A stretch of DNA of 64,000 nucleotides from Escherichia coli (GTDB taxonomy: Bacteria; Pseudomonadota; Gammaproteobacteria; Enterobacterales; Enterobacteriaceae): the NCBI RefSeq assembly GCF_041886205.1, contig NZ_CP169029.1; one strand, 5' to 3'. Shown here in pieces: positions 42,141 through 52,294 of this stretch. How positions within the stretch are numbered: the first letter of the stretch is position 1; each line of letters starts with the position of its first letter. Under the pieces are notes generated by a model. It saw only the letters and a list, made by a program, of their open reading frames with translations. It was not told where the DNA came from and ran no database searches. The translations under genes were made by a program, and so were the position numbers.

Positions 42141-43355
42141 ATGAAGATCGTAAAGGCTGAAGTTTTTGTTACCTGTCCGGGGCGTAATTTCGTCACATTA
42201 AAAATCACCACTGAGGACGGTATTACGGGCCTTGGGGATGCCACCCTCAATGGACGTGAGCTTTCCGTGGCCTCTTATTTGCAGGATCACCTTTGTCCGC
42301 AGCTTATTGGTCGCGATGCGCACCGTATCGAAGATATCTGGCAGTTTTTCTATAAAGGTGCTTACTGGCGTCGCGGTCCGGTTACGATGTCGGCCATTTC
42401 AGCGGTTGATATGGCGCTGTGGGATATTAAAGCCAAAGCTGCCAACATGCCGCTTTACCAGTTACTCGGCGGCGCGTCTCGTGAAGGGGTGATGGTTTAT
42501 TGCCATACCACCGGTCACAGTATTGATGAAGCTCTGGATGATTATGCCCGTCATCAGGAGCTGGGATTCAAAGCCATCCGCGTGCAGTGCGGAATCCCTG
42601 GTATGAAAACCACCTACGGCATGTCGAAAGGTAAAGGTCTGGCTTATGAACCCGCAACCAAAGGACAGTGGCCGGAAGAGCAGCTGTGGTCGACGGAGAA
42701 ATACCTCGATTTCATGCCGAAATTGTTTGACGCGGTACGTAACAAGTTTGGTTTTAATGAACATTTGCTGCATGACATGCACCATCGCTTAACGCCTATT
42801 GAAGCGGCGCGCTTTGGTAAAAGCATTGAAGATTATCGCATGTTCTGGATGGAAGACCCGACGCCTGCGGAAAACCAGGAATGCTTCCGTCTCATTCGCC
42901 AACATACCGTCACACCCATCGCAGTGGGTGAAGTCTTCAACAGCATCTGGGACTGCAAACAACTGATTGAAGAGCAACTCATCGATTATATCCGCACCAC
43001 GCTGACCCATGCAGGCGGAATTACCGGTATGCGCCGGATTGCCGATTTTGCTTCGCTGTATCAGGTACGTACTGGCTCACACGGTCCTTCCGATTTGTCA
43101 CCAGTCTGCATGGCTGCGGCGCTGCACTTTGATCTGTGGGTCCCCAATTTCGGTGTCCAGGAATACATGGGTTATTCCGAACAAATGCTCGAAGTCTTCC
43201 CGCACAACTGGACTTTCGATAACGGCTATATGCATCCGGGAGACAAACCGGGTCTTGGTATCGAATTCGATGAAAAGCTGGCGGCGAAATATCCCTATGA
43301 ACCTGCTTATCTACCAGTCGCACGTCTGGAAGATGGCACGCTGTGGAACTGGTAA
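42141..43355 (+). CDS. rspA: enolase-superfamily mannonate dehydratase-like starvation-sensing protein
   Basis: Start trimmed to ATG ([11 protein letters not shown]...), 404 aa. Confidence 0.85.
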
Positions 43356-43366
43356 GGAGTAAGATA

Positions 43367-44386
43367 ATGAAAAGCATATTAATTGAAAAACCGAATCAAC
43401 TGGCGATTGTCGAACGTGAAATACCCACCCCGTCAGCGGGTGAAGTACGAGTAAAAGTGAAACTTGCCGGAATTTGTGGTTCAGATAGCCATATTTATCG
43501 TGGGCATAATCCTTTTGCGAAATATCCGCGCGTCATTGGTCATGAATTCTTTGGCGTCATTGATGCAGTGGGTGAAGGCGTGGAAAGCGCCAGAGTCGGT
43601 GAACGTGTTGCTGTCGATCCGGTGGTCAGCTGTGGGCATTGCTATCCGTGCTCTATAGGTAAACCGAACGTTTGTACGACACTGGCTGTATTAGGTGTGC
43701 ACGCTGACGGTGGTTTCAGTGAATATGCCGTGGTTCCGGCAAAAAATGCGTGGAAAATTCCTGAAGCAGTGGCCGATCAATATGCGGTAATGATCGAACC
43801 TTTTACCATTGCGGCTAACGTAACCGGACATGGTCAACCGACTGAAAATGATACCGTTCTGGTTTATGGTGCCGGTCCAATCGGCCTGACGATCGTTCAG
43901 GTATTAAAAGGCGTCTATAACGTTAAAAATGTGATTGTTGCCGATCGCATTGATGAACGACTGGAAAAAGCGAAAGAGAGCGGGGCTGACTGGGCGATTA
44001 ATAACAGCCAGACACCGCTTGGCGAGATTTTCACTGAAAAAGACATCAAGCCGACATTAATTATCGATGCGGCTTGTCATCCTTCTATCCTGAAAGAGGC
44101 CGTAACGCTGGCTTCTCCAGCGGCACGTATTGTATTGATGGGCTTCTCCAGTGAACCGTCTGAAGTGATTCAGCAAGGAATTACCGGAAAAGAACTCTCT
44201 ATTTTCTCTTCACGCTTAAATGCAAATAAATTCCCGGTCGTTATCGACTGGTTAAGTAAAGGGTTAATTAAACCAGAAAAATTAATTACCCATACGTTTG
44301 ATTTCCAGCATGTTGCTGATGCCATTAGTTTATTTGAACAGGATCAAAAGCATTGCTGCAAAGTCTTACTCACTTTTTCTGAATAA
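43367..44386 (+). CDS. rspB: zinc-dependent alcohol dehydrogenase family starvation-sensing protein
   Basis: Start trimmed to ATG (MKSILIEK...), 339 aa; GHEFFG and Rossmann GAGPIG motifs. Confidence 0.85.
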   Translation: MKSILIEKPNQLAIVEREIPTPSAGEVRVKVKLAGICGSDSHIYRGHNPFAKYPRVIGHEFFGVIDAVGEGVESARVGERVAVDPVVSCGHCYPCSIGKPNVCTTLAVLGVHADGGFSEYAVVPAKNAWKIPEAVADQYAVMIEPFTIAANVTGHGQPTENDTVLVYGAGPIGLTIVQVLKGVYNVKNVIVADRIDERLEKAKESGADWAINNSQTPLGEIFTEKDIKPTLIIDAACHPSILKEAVTLASPAARIVLMGFSSEPSEVIQQGITGKELSIFSSRLNANKFPVVIDWLSKGLIKPEKLITHTFDFQHVADAISLFEQDQKHCCKVLLTFSE

Positions 44387-44443
44387 TACTAATAACGGCG
44401 AGTAAGTAGTACGCATCTTACCTCTTTTTTAGAGATAACCATT

Positions 44444-44572
44444 ATGACAATAGAAAAACACGAAAGAAGCACTAAGGATTTGGTGAAAGCAGCAGTATCG
44501 GGATGGCTGGGCACTGCGCTTGAATTTATGGATTTCAAGAGTCATACGTGTCAACTATTTGATAAATATTAA
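44444..44572 (+). pseudogene. ydfJ: probable 5' fragment (42 codons) of a ydfJ-like MFS transporter gene interrupted by the prophage
   Basis: Short ORF MTIEKHERSTKDLVKAAVSGWLGTALEFMDF... ending abruptly next to the integrase gene; in K-12 the Qin prophage splits ydfJ beside rspB (recalled, not aligned). Confidence 0.45.
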
Positions 44573-44573
44573 A

Positions 44574-45869
44574 TTAATTTTTCATTGCTTCGTTATGGGG
44601 CATGGTTGGGGCAAACTCGCTTAACTGTGTATTTAACAAAGCTACCTGTGCATTATTGTTTTCAGACATCCATTTTCCGTATACCTGAAATACCATTTGC
44701 GCATCTGCATGGCCCATCTGGTTTGCTATAAATGCCGGGTTAGCACCAGCTGTCAGCGACCAGCAGGCATAAGTATGTCTCGACTGATATGATTTTCGAT
44801 GGCGGAGTCCGGCACGTTTTATCGCTGCGTCCCACATCTGCCTTATTGAGTCAACGGTAAAATGGTCACCATAATTTTTTACTCTCGCTGACACTTCAGG
44901 TTGAAAAACAAAGGTGCATTTATGTTTTTCTGTTCTGCCATACTCTCTGAGGTGAACATCAATGATATGCTCTTTGCTCAGTCTCGTTAATGTCATCTGA
45001 CTCCGGAGAGCGTCGATTGCTGGCTTAATAAGATGAATGACCCGATTGGTTCCCGCCTGTGTTTTTGGGACCGTGAAACGGTCTTTTGCTAAATTTCTCC
45101 TGATCATCATTGTTCCATTTTTCAGATCTATGTCCTCCCATCCAAGTGCACACAGCTCACCAGGGCGAACGCCAGTATAAACAGAAACACACCATAAATT
45201 TTTGGCTTGCTGATTTCTGCACGCATCGATAAGACGGATGAATTCCTCCCGCGAAAGAGGATCCGGAATGGTTCTTGATTCCTTTAATGGCGAGATCCCC
45301 TTAAACGGGTTATCTGCCAGGTAACCGTTATCAACACCAAACTGGAACACGGCGTTAAGATTTGTCATGTAATTATTTACAGTTACAGCCGATCTCCCTG
45401 GTTGTGTAACAATATAGTTACTTTTGGGGATCTGGTATCCAGTCAGTAGCTCTTTACGAACCTCCAGTAATTTTTCTTTATTAATCGATGAGGCAAGATT
45501 TTTTTCACCGATTATGCTCAGGATATTTTTGATGACGGCACGGTATGTGTTGAGTGATGTTTTGGCGACTTCAGTTTCTTTCAGTGCCAGAAATTTTTCA
45601 GCCAGTTCTTTTATGGTTAAATCTTGTCGGGCCTCACCAAATTTTTCCAGATTGCGTGAGGAGGGAAACTGTTTTGCATAGTCGAAAACACCAGTTTTTA
45701 TTGCGTAACAAACAGAGGAGCGTAGTTCACCTGCAACGCGCCTGTTTTTTGCTGTGTCAGGAACCCCCAGATTTTCCCTGACTCTTACGCCTTTATAAAC
45801 AAACCAGATACGTAATTTCCCTCCATGGTTTTCCACGCCTGTCGGATATTTCATTTCAACTTCTCTCAT
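44574..45869 (-). CDS. phage integrase, tyrosine recombinase family
   Basis: 431-aa ORF with C-terminal catalytic motifs (…RHTYACW…HADAQMVFQVYGKW…); adjacent to the presumed attL; true start may be the internal MKYPTG. Confidence 0.85.
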   Translation of the reverse strand: MREVEMKYPTGVENHGGKLRIWFVYKGVRVRENLGVPDTAKNRRVAGELRSSVCYAIKTGVFDYAKQFPSSRNLEKFGEARQDLTIKELAEKFLALKETEVAKTSLNTYRAVIKNILSIIGEKNLASSINKEKLLEVRKELLTGYQIPKSNYIVTQPGRSAVTVNNYMTNLNAVFQFGVDNGYLADNPFKGISPLKESRTIPDPLSREEFIRLIDACRNQQAKNLWCVSVYTGVRPGELCALGWEDIDLKNGTMMIRRNLAKDRFTVPKTQAGTNRVIHLIKPAIDALRSQMTLTRLSKEHIIDVHLREYGRTEKHKCTFVFQPEVSARVKNYGDHFTVDSIRQMWDAAIKRAGLRHRKSYQSRHTYACWSLTAGANPAFIANQMGHADAQMVFQVYGKWMSENNNAQVALLNTQLSEFAPTMPHNEAMKN

Positions 45870-45888
45870 TAGTTAGTGTGGCTTTTAG

Positions 45889-46140
45889 TCAAGTAAGATG
45901 ACGTCTTGGTCTTGCTGATGCCTGGCGCTCAATCCAGCGATCAATTTCTTCCAGGTTGTAAAAGCATGGACTGTTATCCCATGGCATACCGTCATGAGCG
46001 ACATGCTTATATTCCCTTCCTTCCATAAACGATTTTTCCCGGGCCTTTTTTAACGTACCTTTTTTTATTCCTTTCAGCGCAATTAACTGCTCTTCGGATA
46101 CCCATTTGCCGGGAGAGACAATCATGATTACTTCGCTCAT
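45889..46140 (-). CDS. putative excisionase / small DNA-binding protein
   Basis: 83-aa ORF immediately upstream of int in the same orientation. Confidence 0.55.
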   Translation of the reverse strand: MSEVIMIVSPGKWVSEEQLIALKGIKKGTLKKAREKSFMEGREYKHVAHDGMPWDNSPCFYNLEEIDRWIERQASARPRRHLT

Positions 46141-46212
46141 CGATTTCTTTATCTCTTACATCAGACGAGCGCCGGTTGCAGAATACCAGTCACAACCGGC
46201 GACAGTTGAACA

Positions 46213-47935
46213 TTAAGAATCAGCCTGACTCGGGATCAGTTTTTGCCAGATAGCTGAAACGTATTTTGCCTGGTAACGGGCGTCATCAAGTGCATTATGG
46301 CGCTCACCTTCGAATGGAATAGCCGTTCTGGCATCGAAGTCTATGGCTTTCCCCAGCTCAACGATTGTGCGTACATCGCGATCGTTGTAGTAACGCCACG
46401 GGCAGGGGATCCCCTGCCGTTCGTATGAACGGCGCAAAATCGTGTTGTCGAAGTTGGCTCCATTTCCCCAGACATGAACAAAAAATTCACCGGAGTTTTC
46501 GTCGATAAATTCCCGCAATTGTAACAGTGCATCATCTAACGGGATTTCATCGGTCATAATGGCAGATTGCGCTTCGCGTGATTGTTTAAGCCACCATTTA
46601 ATGGTGTCCCGATCAATGACTCCGCCAGCAGTTTCCAGATCGATAGTCTTACTAAATTCCGGTCCCATATCTCCGGTTTGCGGATCGAAAAATATTGCAC
46701 CTATTGAGATAATCGGGGCATCGGGATTTTTTCCCATGGTTTCAAGGTCGATCATCAGATGAATCCCCGCTCTGCTGGTGGATGTGAGATTATGATGACC
46801 GTTTGCCTTAATTAAGGGATCTGACGCCTCGCCAGTTTCACTATCGCTGGCATGATGCTGATTGCCGCCAGTGTTCTCCTTGTGCTGATGCGCAGTGCCT
46901 TCTATTTCCTCCGGATCATTTTCCTGAACTTCAGGCTGATTCTCTCCATCGAATATTTCCTGGTATGTTGCGTCACCCATCACCGCACCACAATCAGGGC
47001 AGTTGCCGCCACCGCTCTGACCGCAGGCGGTGCAGATCTTTTCCGGTTCCTGTTGCACTACTGGTTCAGGTTGTTTCGTTTCTGGCTCGTTTTGTTGCAT
47101 ATTTGGGCTGTTTTGTTCCGCTTTCTGGTCGTTCTGTTCCGTTTCTTGCTGGTTCTGGTTCACAGAATCGCGGGTCTGGATCCCCTTAATCCATTTCGGA
47201 TCATTCGGGTCGCTAATCCCTTCAACAAATTCACCACGTGATACTGCAAGCAGTTCATCGGCGTCAGGCTGGCTGATATTGGCTGCCTGCATAATTTTGT
47301 TTACTTCGTCAGCGGTAACTTTTACTGACCCTGGTTGTGCGGTCGTGTCAGATGCACCAGTATTTTGTTGTGAACCTGAGTATGTACCGTTTTTGCGGGC
47401 GAAATATTCTTCTTTCGTGATTTCAGTAGCCCCAGCAGACAGCGCCTTATCCAGACCAGAAAGTTTATTTGCGCGACCGTATTTTTCGCCATCCTTGTCG
47501 GTGAAGAGGAAGTAGAACGGCCCCTCACGTTCTACAGATGGTTCGACTTCCACTTTGCATTCGGTTTTTTCGTTGTCTGGAATTGCCGTTTCCACTGCAT
47601 CAGTTTCTGGTACTGGCGACGAGAGAGTATCAGTTGCGCTCTGATTTGTTCCTTCATCTTCAAACACGCCCTTTGTAGTCAGGTATTCAGTAATGTATTT
47701 GTTCAGTGCCACAGGGTCTTTGTGAATGTCGATCGGACGTTCACGGACAAGGCCAAAAATAGTCTGGCGGTCGTAGCGAAGGGCATCAGGCTGTTTGCGC
47801 ATTGATGCCGAGATACGCTTCCAGTCTTCGCGGTCGTTGTCGATAACTTCATTTTTTGCCCAGCGATGGATGCTGCCGTCAATGTTTCCGGCATCCACAT
47901 CACCAGGCCAGAGAGCGTAGGCCAGTTCGTCATCC
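46213..47935 (-). pseudogene. 3' portion of a phage exonuclease gene (DnaQ-like DEDDh 3'-5' exonuclease domain) interrupted by IS629
   Basis: Open frame continues upstream from the called ORF right up to the IS629 left end; C-terminus has exonuclease motifs (…MIDLETMG…, …HNALDDA…). Confidence 0.7.
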
Positions 47936-47989
47936 TGAACCGCCCCGGGAATCCTGGAGACTAAACTTCCTGAGAAAGAGGTAAACAGG

Positions 47990-48316
47990 ATGACTAAAAA
48001 TACTCGTTTTTCCCCCGAAGTCCGTCAACGGGCAGTCCGTATGGTTCTGGAAAGTCAGAGCGAATATGACTCACAATGGGCGACAATTTGTTCCATTGCT
48101 CCAAAGATTGGCTGTACGCCGGAGACTCTGCGTGTCTGGGTTCGCCAGCATGAGCGGGATACCGGGGGCGGTGATGGAGGGCTCACCACCGCTGAACGTC
48201 AGCGTCTGAAAGAGCTGGAACGTGAAAATCGTGAACTGCGCCGCAGTAACGATATCCTTCGCCAGGCTTCCGCTTATTTTGCGAAGGCGGAGTTCGACCG
48301 CCTCTGGAAAAAATGA
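47990..48316 (+). CDS. IS629 transposase OrfA (HTH)
   Basis: 108-aa [22 protein letters not shown]...; ends in an A-run slippery site. Confidence 0.85.
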   Translation: MTKNTRFSPEVRQRAVRMVLESQSEYDSQWATICSIAPKIGCTPETLRVWVRQHERDTGGGDGGLTTAERQRLKELERENRELRRSNDILRQASAYFAKAEFDRLWKK

Positions 48317-49203
48317 TGCCACTGCTGGATAAGCTGCGTGAGCAGTACGGGGTCGGACCGCTATGCAGCGAACTGCATATTGCCCCGTCAACGTATTACC
48401 ACTGTCAGCAACAGCGACATCATCCGGATAAACGCAGTGCCCGTGCGCAGCGCGATGACTGGCTGAAGAAAGAGATACAGCGCGTATACGATGAAAATCA
48501 CAAGGTATACGGTGTGCGTAAAGTCTGGCGTCAGTTGTTACGGGAAGGTATCAGAGTGGCCAGATGCACTGTGGCACGTCTCATGGCGGTTATGGGACTT
48601 GCCGGTGTTCTCCGGGGTAAAAAGGTCCGTACGACCATCAGCCGGAAAGCCGTTGCCGCAGGCGACCGCGTAAACCGTCAGTTCGTGGCAGAACGACCTG
48701 ACCAGCTGTGGGTGGCTGATTTTACTTACGTCAGCACATGGCGGGGCTTCGTCTATGTGGCGTTCATCATTGATGTGTTTGCCGGATACATCGTGGGGTG
48801 GCGGGTCTCATCGTCCATGGAAACGACATTCGTGCTGGATGCACTGGAGCAGGCGTTATGGGCCCGTCGACCGTCCGGCACGGTCCATCACAGTGATAAA
48901 GGTTCTCAGTATGTATCGCTGGCCTACACACAGCGGCTTAAGGAAGCCGGATTACTGGCATCAACAGGAAGTACAGGCGACTCGTATGACAACGCGATGG
49001 CGGAGAGCATCAATGGTCTTTACAAAGCGGAGGTAATACACCGTAAGAGCTGGAAAAACCGTGCAGAAGTGGAACTGGCCACACTCACGTGGGTGGACTG
49101 GTATAACAATCGACGATTGCTGGAAAGGCTGGGCCATACTCCTCCGGCAGAAGCAGAAAAAGCTTATTATGCTTCCATCGGAAACGATGATCTGGCAGCC
49201 TGA
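48313..49203 (+). CDS. IS629 transposase OrfB (DDE integrase domain), -1 frame relative to OrfA
   Basis: 296-aa ORF with DDE motif region; overlaps orfA in the -1 frame as in IS3-family elements. Confidence 0.85.
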   Translation: MMPLLDKLREQYGVGPLCSELHIAPSTYYHCQQQRHHPDKRSARAQRDDWLKKEIQRVYDENHKVYGVRKVWRQLLREGIRVARCTVARLMAVMGLAGVLRGKKVRTTISRKAVAAGDRVNRQFVAERPDQLWVADFTYVSTWRGFVYVAFIIDVFAGYIVGWRVSSSMETTFVLDALEQALWARRPSGTVHHSDKGSQYVSLAYTQRLKEAGLLASTGSTGDSYDNAMAESINGLYKAEVIHRKSWKNRAEVELATLTWVDWYNNRRLLERLGHTPPAEAEKAYYASIGNDDLAA

Positions 49204-49245
49204 GTTCACAGATAAAACACTCTCCAGGAAACCCGGGGCGGTTCA

Positions 49246-49760
49246 TCCAGTGTTTTCCATGTCTGCTTGTATTCGCGATGAATGGCAGCAATGACCGGGT
49301 TGATTTTTCCTGTTGAATTTTCAGTGTGCTGTTGATTGGCTCTGGCACGGGCGAGATCAACAACAGACGTGTATTTTCCGGCTTCCTTGCGTTCACCTTC
49401 GCGACGTTTTTTCCAGATGCGCATCTCTGCCTGAATTTCGGGCCATTTGGCACCAGGCTTACATTTATGCTTAACCCACCCGATGGCATGCAGCTTAAGC
49501 TCCGGATACATAGCGTTAACTTCTGGCATTTTCATCAACGCTTCAACGATATGGCCGTCGAATGTTGCCATGTCTTCCTGCAACAATTCCTGTGCGCTAA
49601 TCACCATATCAACAGTGATGTTTTCACATGTGTCGAACTTAACCATGACAGCGTTCTGTACTTCAGGGGCTAGGTTGTCAAAAGTGACGTTCATCGGATC
49701 GGATTCAGTCTCGACCGGGACAAAGGAAGCAGACGCCTCATCCCAGCGGTTTTCCTGCAT
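49246..49760 (-). pseudogene. 5' portion of the IS629-interrupted phage exonuclease gene
   Basis: ORF beginning MQENRWDEASASF... runs into the IS629 right end; its last ~12 called codons are IS-derived. Confidence 0.6.
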
Positions 49761-50017
49761 ATATTCAGCATCCCAGGAATCGAGGGCAGGGCGGGGTATA
49801 CCGGGTTTATCCTCGCAAACAAGAAATTTATAAGCGCAGTCCTGAGCAGCCGGATAATGTTCCAGGAATTGCCAGTGAAATTTTGCGCGGGCGCGACGTT
49901 CATCACCGGCTTCAATGGCAGTGGCTACAGTGAGACGAACTTCGCCGTGCGCTTTCGTGTTGTGTGCCTGCTTTTAACCACGTCAGGCGAGGTGGTATCC
50001 TTAAAATCACCACAGTT

Positions 50018-50593
50018 TTAAGGATTCATTAAGCAATGTCGCAACCACCAATAAATCCGCTTAAGAACATGAAAATTGATTACTGGTATAAAGCGCTTAC
50101 AGTTGTTGGCGCTGCGTTGTTTGTCTTTAATGGAACGTCTTTTTTTGACAGATATCCCGTTGTTCCATTGGATTTTTTGTCCTCCGGCATCTTTTTTATT
50201 GGTTTGGGGGAGTGGATTAATCACCCTCTCAAAGTGAGATTTATTGGTCCTGGAGTTTGGACTCGTGGATATAATCGTTCTTAGTGCGCACTCGGTATCA
50301 TCTTCGACATACTTGGTTGTTTCCTGATTGTTACAGGAGTCGTCAAGTTCTTCTGATGTAAAACCGCAAATGGGGCACGTAACGGGAATTTTGAAAAGCG
50401 TTTCTCCGGGTTCCAGAACAAAATTTTCTGCGGTCTGATTTTGCTTCTCATATTTGTGCTCCGCGTCATTGTGAGAGCACATTCTTATTCTGAGTGCCTG
50501 TTTAAACTCACTGAAGCTGAGAGCTTCTTCGCCTTCGGCAAGACCTTCGAAGTATTCTTCGTAAGCCTTTTCCATGATTGTGTCGAAATCCAT
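50018..50593 (-). CDS. hypothetical prophage early-region protein with CxxC zinc-ribbon-like motif; 3' extent uncertain
   Basis: ATG at 50593 preceded by RBS AGGTGAG; N-terminal ~100 aa protein-like (…VTCPICGFTSEE…), distal part low-complexity and overlapping a plus-strand ORF. Confidence 0.4.
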   Translation of the reverse strand: MDFDTIMEKAYEEYFEGLAEGEEALSFSEFKQALRIRMCSHNDAEHKYEKQNQTAENFVLEPGETLFKIPVTCPICGFTSEELDDSCNNQETTKYVEDDTECALRTIISTSPNSRTNKSHFERVINPLPQTNKKDAGGQKIQWNNGISVKKRRSIKDKQRSANNCKRFIPVINFHVLKRIYWWLRHCLMNP

Positions 50594-50594
50594 A

Positions 50595-50831
50595 TCACTC
50601 ACCTGAGTTTCTTTCCAGCCAGCGACGGGCACCATTTTCGGTTTTAAACGTTTTGCTTTTGGTATACGTCATCGCGGTGAACGTACCGTCCTGGTTGGGG
50701 AACACGCCACATACCGGAGATTCGCTGTTGCCAAGATCGATAGTATCCATGCTGACCTCATTTCCCCTTAACGCCGGGGTAGCGGAACAAAAACCTGCTG
50801 CATAGTTATTAAAGTTGAACCCTGCCGTCAT
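50595..50831 (-). CDS. hypothetical small prophage protein
   Basis: 78-aa ORF whose stop lies 1 nt before the next ATG (translationally coupled arrangement). Confidence 0.4.
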   Translation of the reverse strand: MTAGFNFNNYAAGFCSATPALRGNEVSMDTIDLGNSESPVCGVFPNQDGTFTAMTYTKSKTFKTENGARRWLERNSGE

Positions 50832-51047
50832 GTTCTTACGCCTCGGGCTGGCTACTTAACCCCTGACCACTGCCTGGTAACTCGAAGTATTGCCCTGCAT
50901 TCTGTGGGGCGGGGTGGGTGGCAGGCATATAATGTACTTTGCGTTCATTGTTGTAAAGTACTTTTAGTACATTTTGTGTGTAAAAAAATGAGATGGGATA
51001 AAGTGAAGCACAAACCCGGAGGAAGGCGCTACCGGATTTATGCTGGT

Positions 51048-51467
51048 TTAAGAGGCTTTTTGTTTTTTCTTTCGTGCTAACTCTTCGTAAATTGCATTGT
51101 ACTTCTGTTTTTTCTCTTCAAGAGTTTTTAAAAGTTCATCTGTCTCACTGTCAGGGAGCTCGTCCAGAAGGTCAATGATGATTTTTTGTCTTGGATTTAA
51201 CTCCTGATAGAAACGTACCTGTCCACTTTCTTCTGTATCCTCTCCCAAAAGATAGGTTGGTGTTGTTCCTATTAGTGTTGCTAATTCCCTTAATTTCTCC
51301 CGGCGAGGAATTGTTTCGCCATTAAACCATTTGCTAACCGCTTTTGGTGTTAATTTCATTCGACGGGCAATTTCTGCCTGCCTTCCATGTTGTTCATAAC
51401 CAGCGTTTTCACAGGCTAGCGCAAGCCTACTGGCGAACTCTTTACGCGCTTTATCTTCATGAACCAT
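51048..51467 (-). CDS. prophage repressor, XRE-family HTH (DicA/cI-like)
   Basis: 139-aa ORF with HTH (…MKLTPKAVSKWFNGETIP…); divergent from a Cro-like gene. Confidence 0.75.
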   Translation of the reverse strand: MVHEDKARKEFASRLALACENAGYEQHGRQAEIARRMKLTPKAVSKWFNGETIPRREKLRELATLIGTTPTYLLGEDTEESGQVRFYQELNPRQKIIIDLLDELPDSETDELLKTLEEKKQKYNAIYEELARKKKQKAS

Positions 51468-51546
51468 AAGTTCAATGATATTCGCTCTTGAATGTACTGT
51501 CAGTTCTGTTATAGCATGTACTCAAAGTTCACACTGTGAGGGTGAT

Positions 51547-51801
51547 ATGAACCAGAAAACACTTGAAGATGTAATCAAAACTGTTCGCGTTGCTGTTGTG
51601 GCCGACGTTTGTGGTGTCAGCCAAAGAGCAATCTATAAATGGATGGATAACGGAAAATTGCCTCGCACAGAATATACCGGCGAAACAAATTACGCTGAAA
51701 AAATCGCTCTTGCATCAAACGGATTATTTTCTGCCGATGCAATTTTAACTATTGGCAGGAATAAAACTACTACGAAAAAGCTGATGGGAGTTGATTCATG
51801 A
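51547..51801 (+). CDS. Cro/YdaS-like HTH protein
   Basis: ATG at 51547 with RBS GAGGGTGA; HTH (…VADVCGVSQRAIYKWMDNGKLP…); ATGA overlap with next gene. Confidence 0.65.
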   Translation: MNQKTLEDVIKTVRVAVVADVCGVSQRAIYKWMDNGKLPRTEYTGETNYAEKIALASNGLFSADAILTIGRNKTTTKKLMGVDS

Positions 51802-52223
51802 AAATCAAGCATGAACACATCCGCATGGCGATGAATGCCTGGGCGCATCCGGACGGCGAAAAAGTACCGGCTGCGAAAATTACCAAAGCGTATTTCGAGC
51901 TGGGAATGACGTTCCCGGAACTGTATGACGACAGCCATCCGGAAGCCCTGGCTCGCAATACTCAGAAAATTTTCCGCTGGGTGGAGAAAGACACCCCTGA
52001 TGCGGTTAAAAAAATTCAGGCGTTGTTACCAGCTATCGAAAAAGCAATGCCACCTCTGCTGGTGGCCCGAATGCGCAGTCATAGCTCAGCCTATTTTCGG
52101 GAACTAGTGGAGACGCGGGAACGACTGGTGAGAGACGCTGATGATTTTGTCGCAGTGGCGATCGCTGGTTTCAACCAGATGAATCGTGGTGGCCCTGCAG
52201 GAAATATTGTGGTTGTGCATTGA
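51798..52223 (+). CDS. YdaT-like prophage protein
   Basis: 141-aa ORF beginning MKIKHEHI..., same length class and context as Rac YdaT (recalled). Confidence 0.6.
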   Translation: MKIKHEHIRMAMNAWAHPDGEKVPAAKITKAYFELGMTFPELYDDSHPEALARNTQKIFRWVEKDTPDAVKKIQALLPAIEKAMPPLLVARMRSHSSAYFRELVETRERLVRDADDFVAVAIAGFNQMNRGGPAGNIVVVH

Positions 52224-52294
52224 CTCGCAATATTCATACCGGATCACTTCCGGCAATTTGTGAGTAAAAAGATTCGGTATCAAAAGAGGTGAGT

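Larger units (their letters stand above)
47936..49245 (+). mobile_element. IS629 (IS3 family), 1310 bp, apparently complete
   Basis: Terminal inverted repeats TGAACCGCCCCGGG... at both ends; orfA/orfB recognised as IS629 transposase; flanked by a 3-bp direct repeat TCC. Confidence 0.85.

Noticed and set aside
46852-47515. Several plus-strand ORFs (74-161 aa) opposite the exonuclease gene
   Set aside because: Low-complexity translations antisense to a long protein-like minus-strand frame
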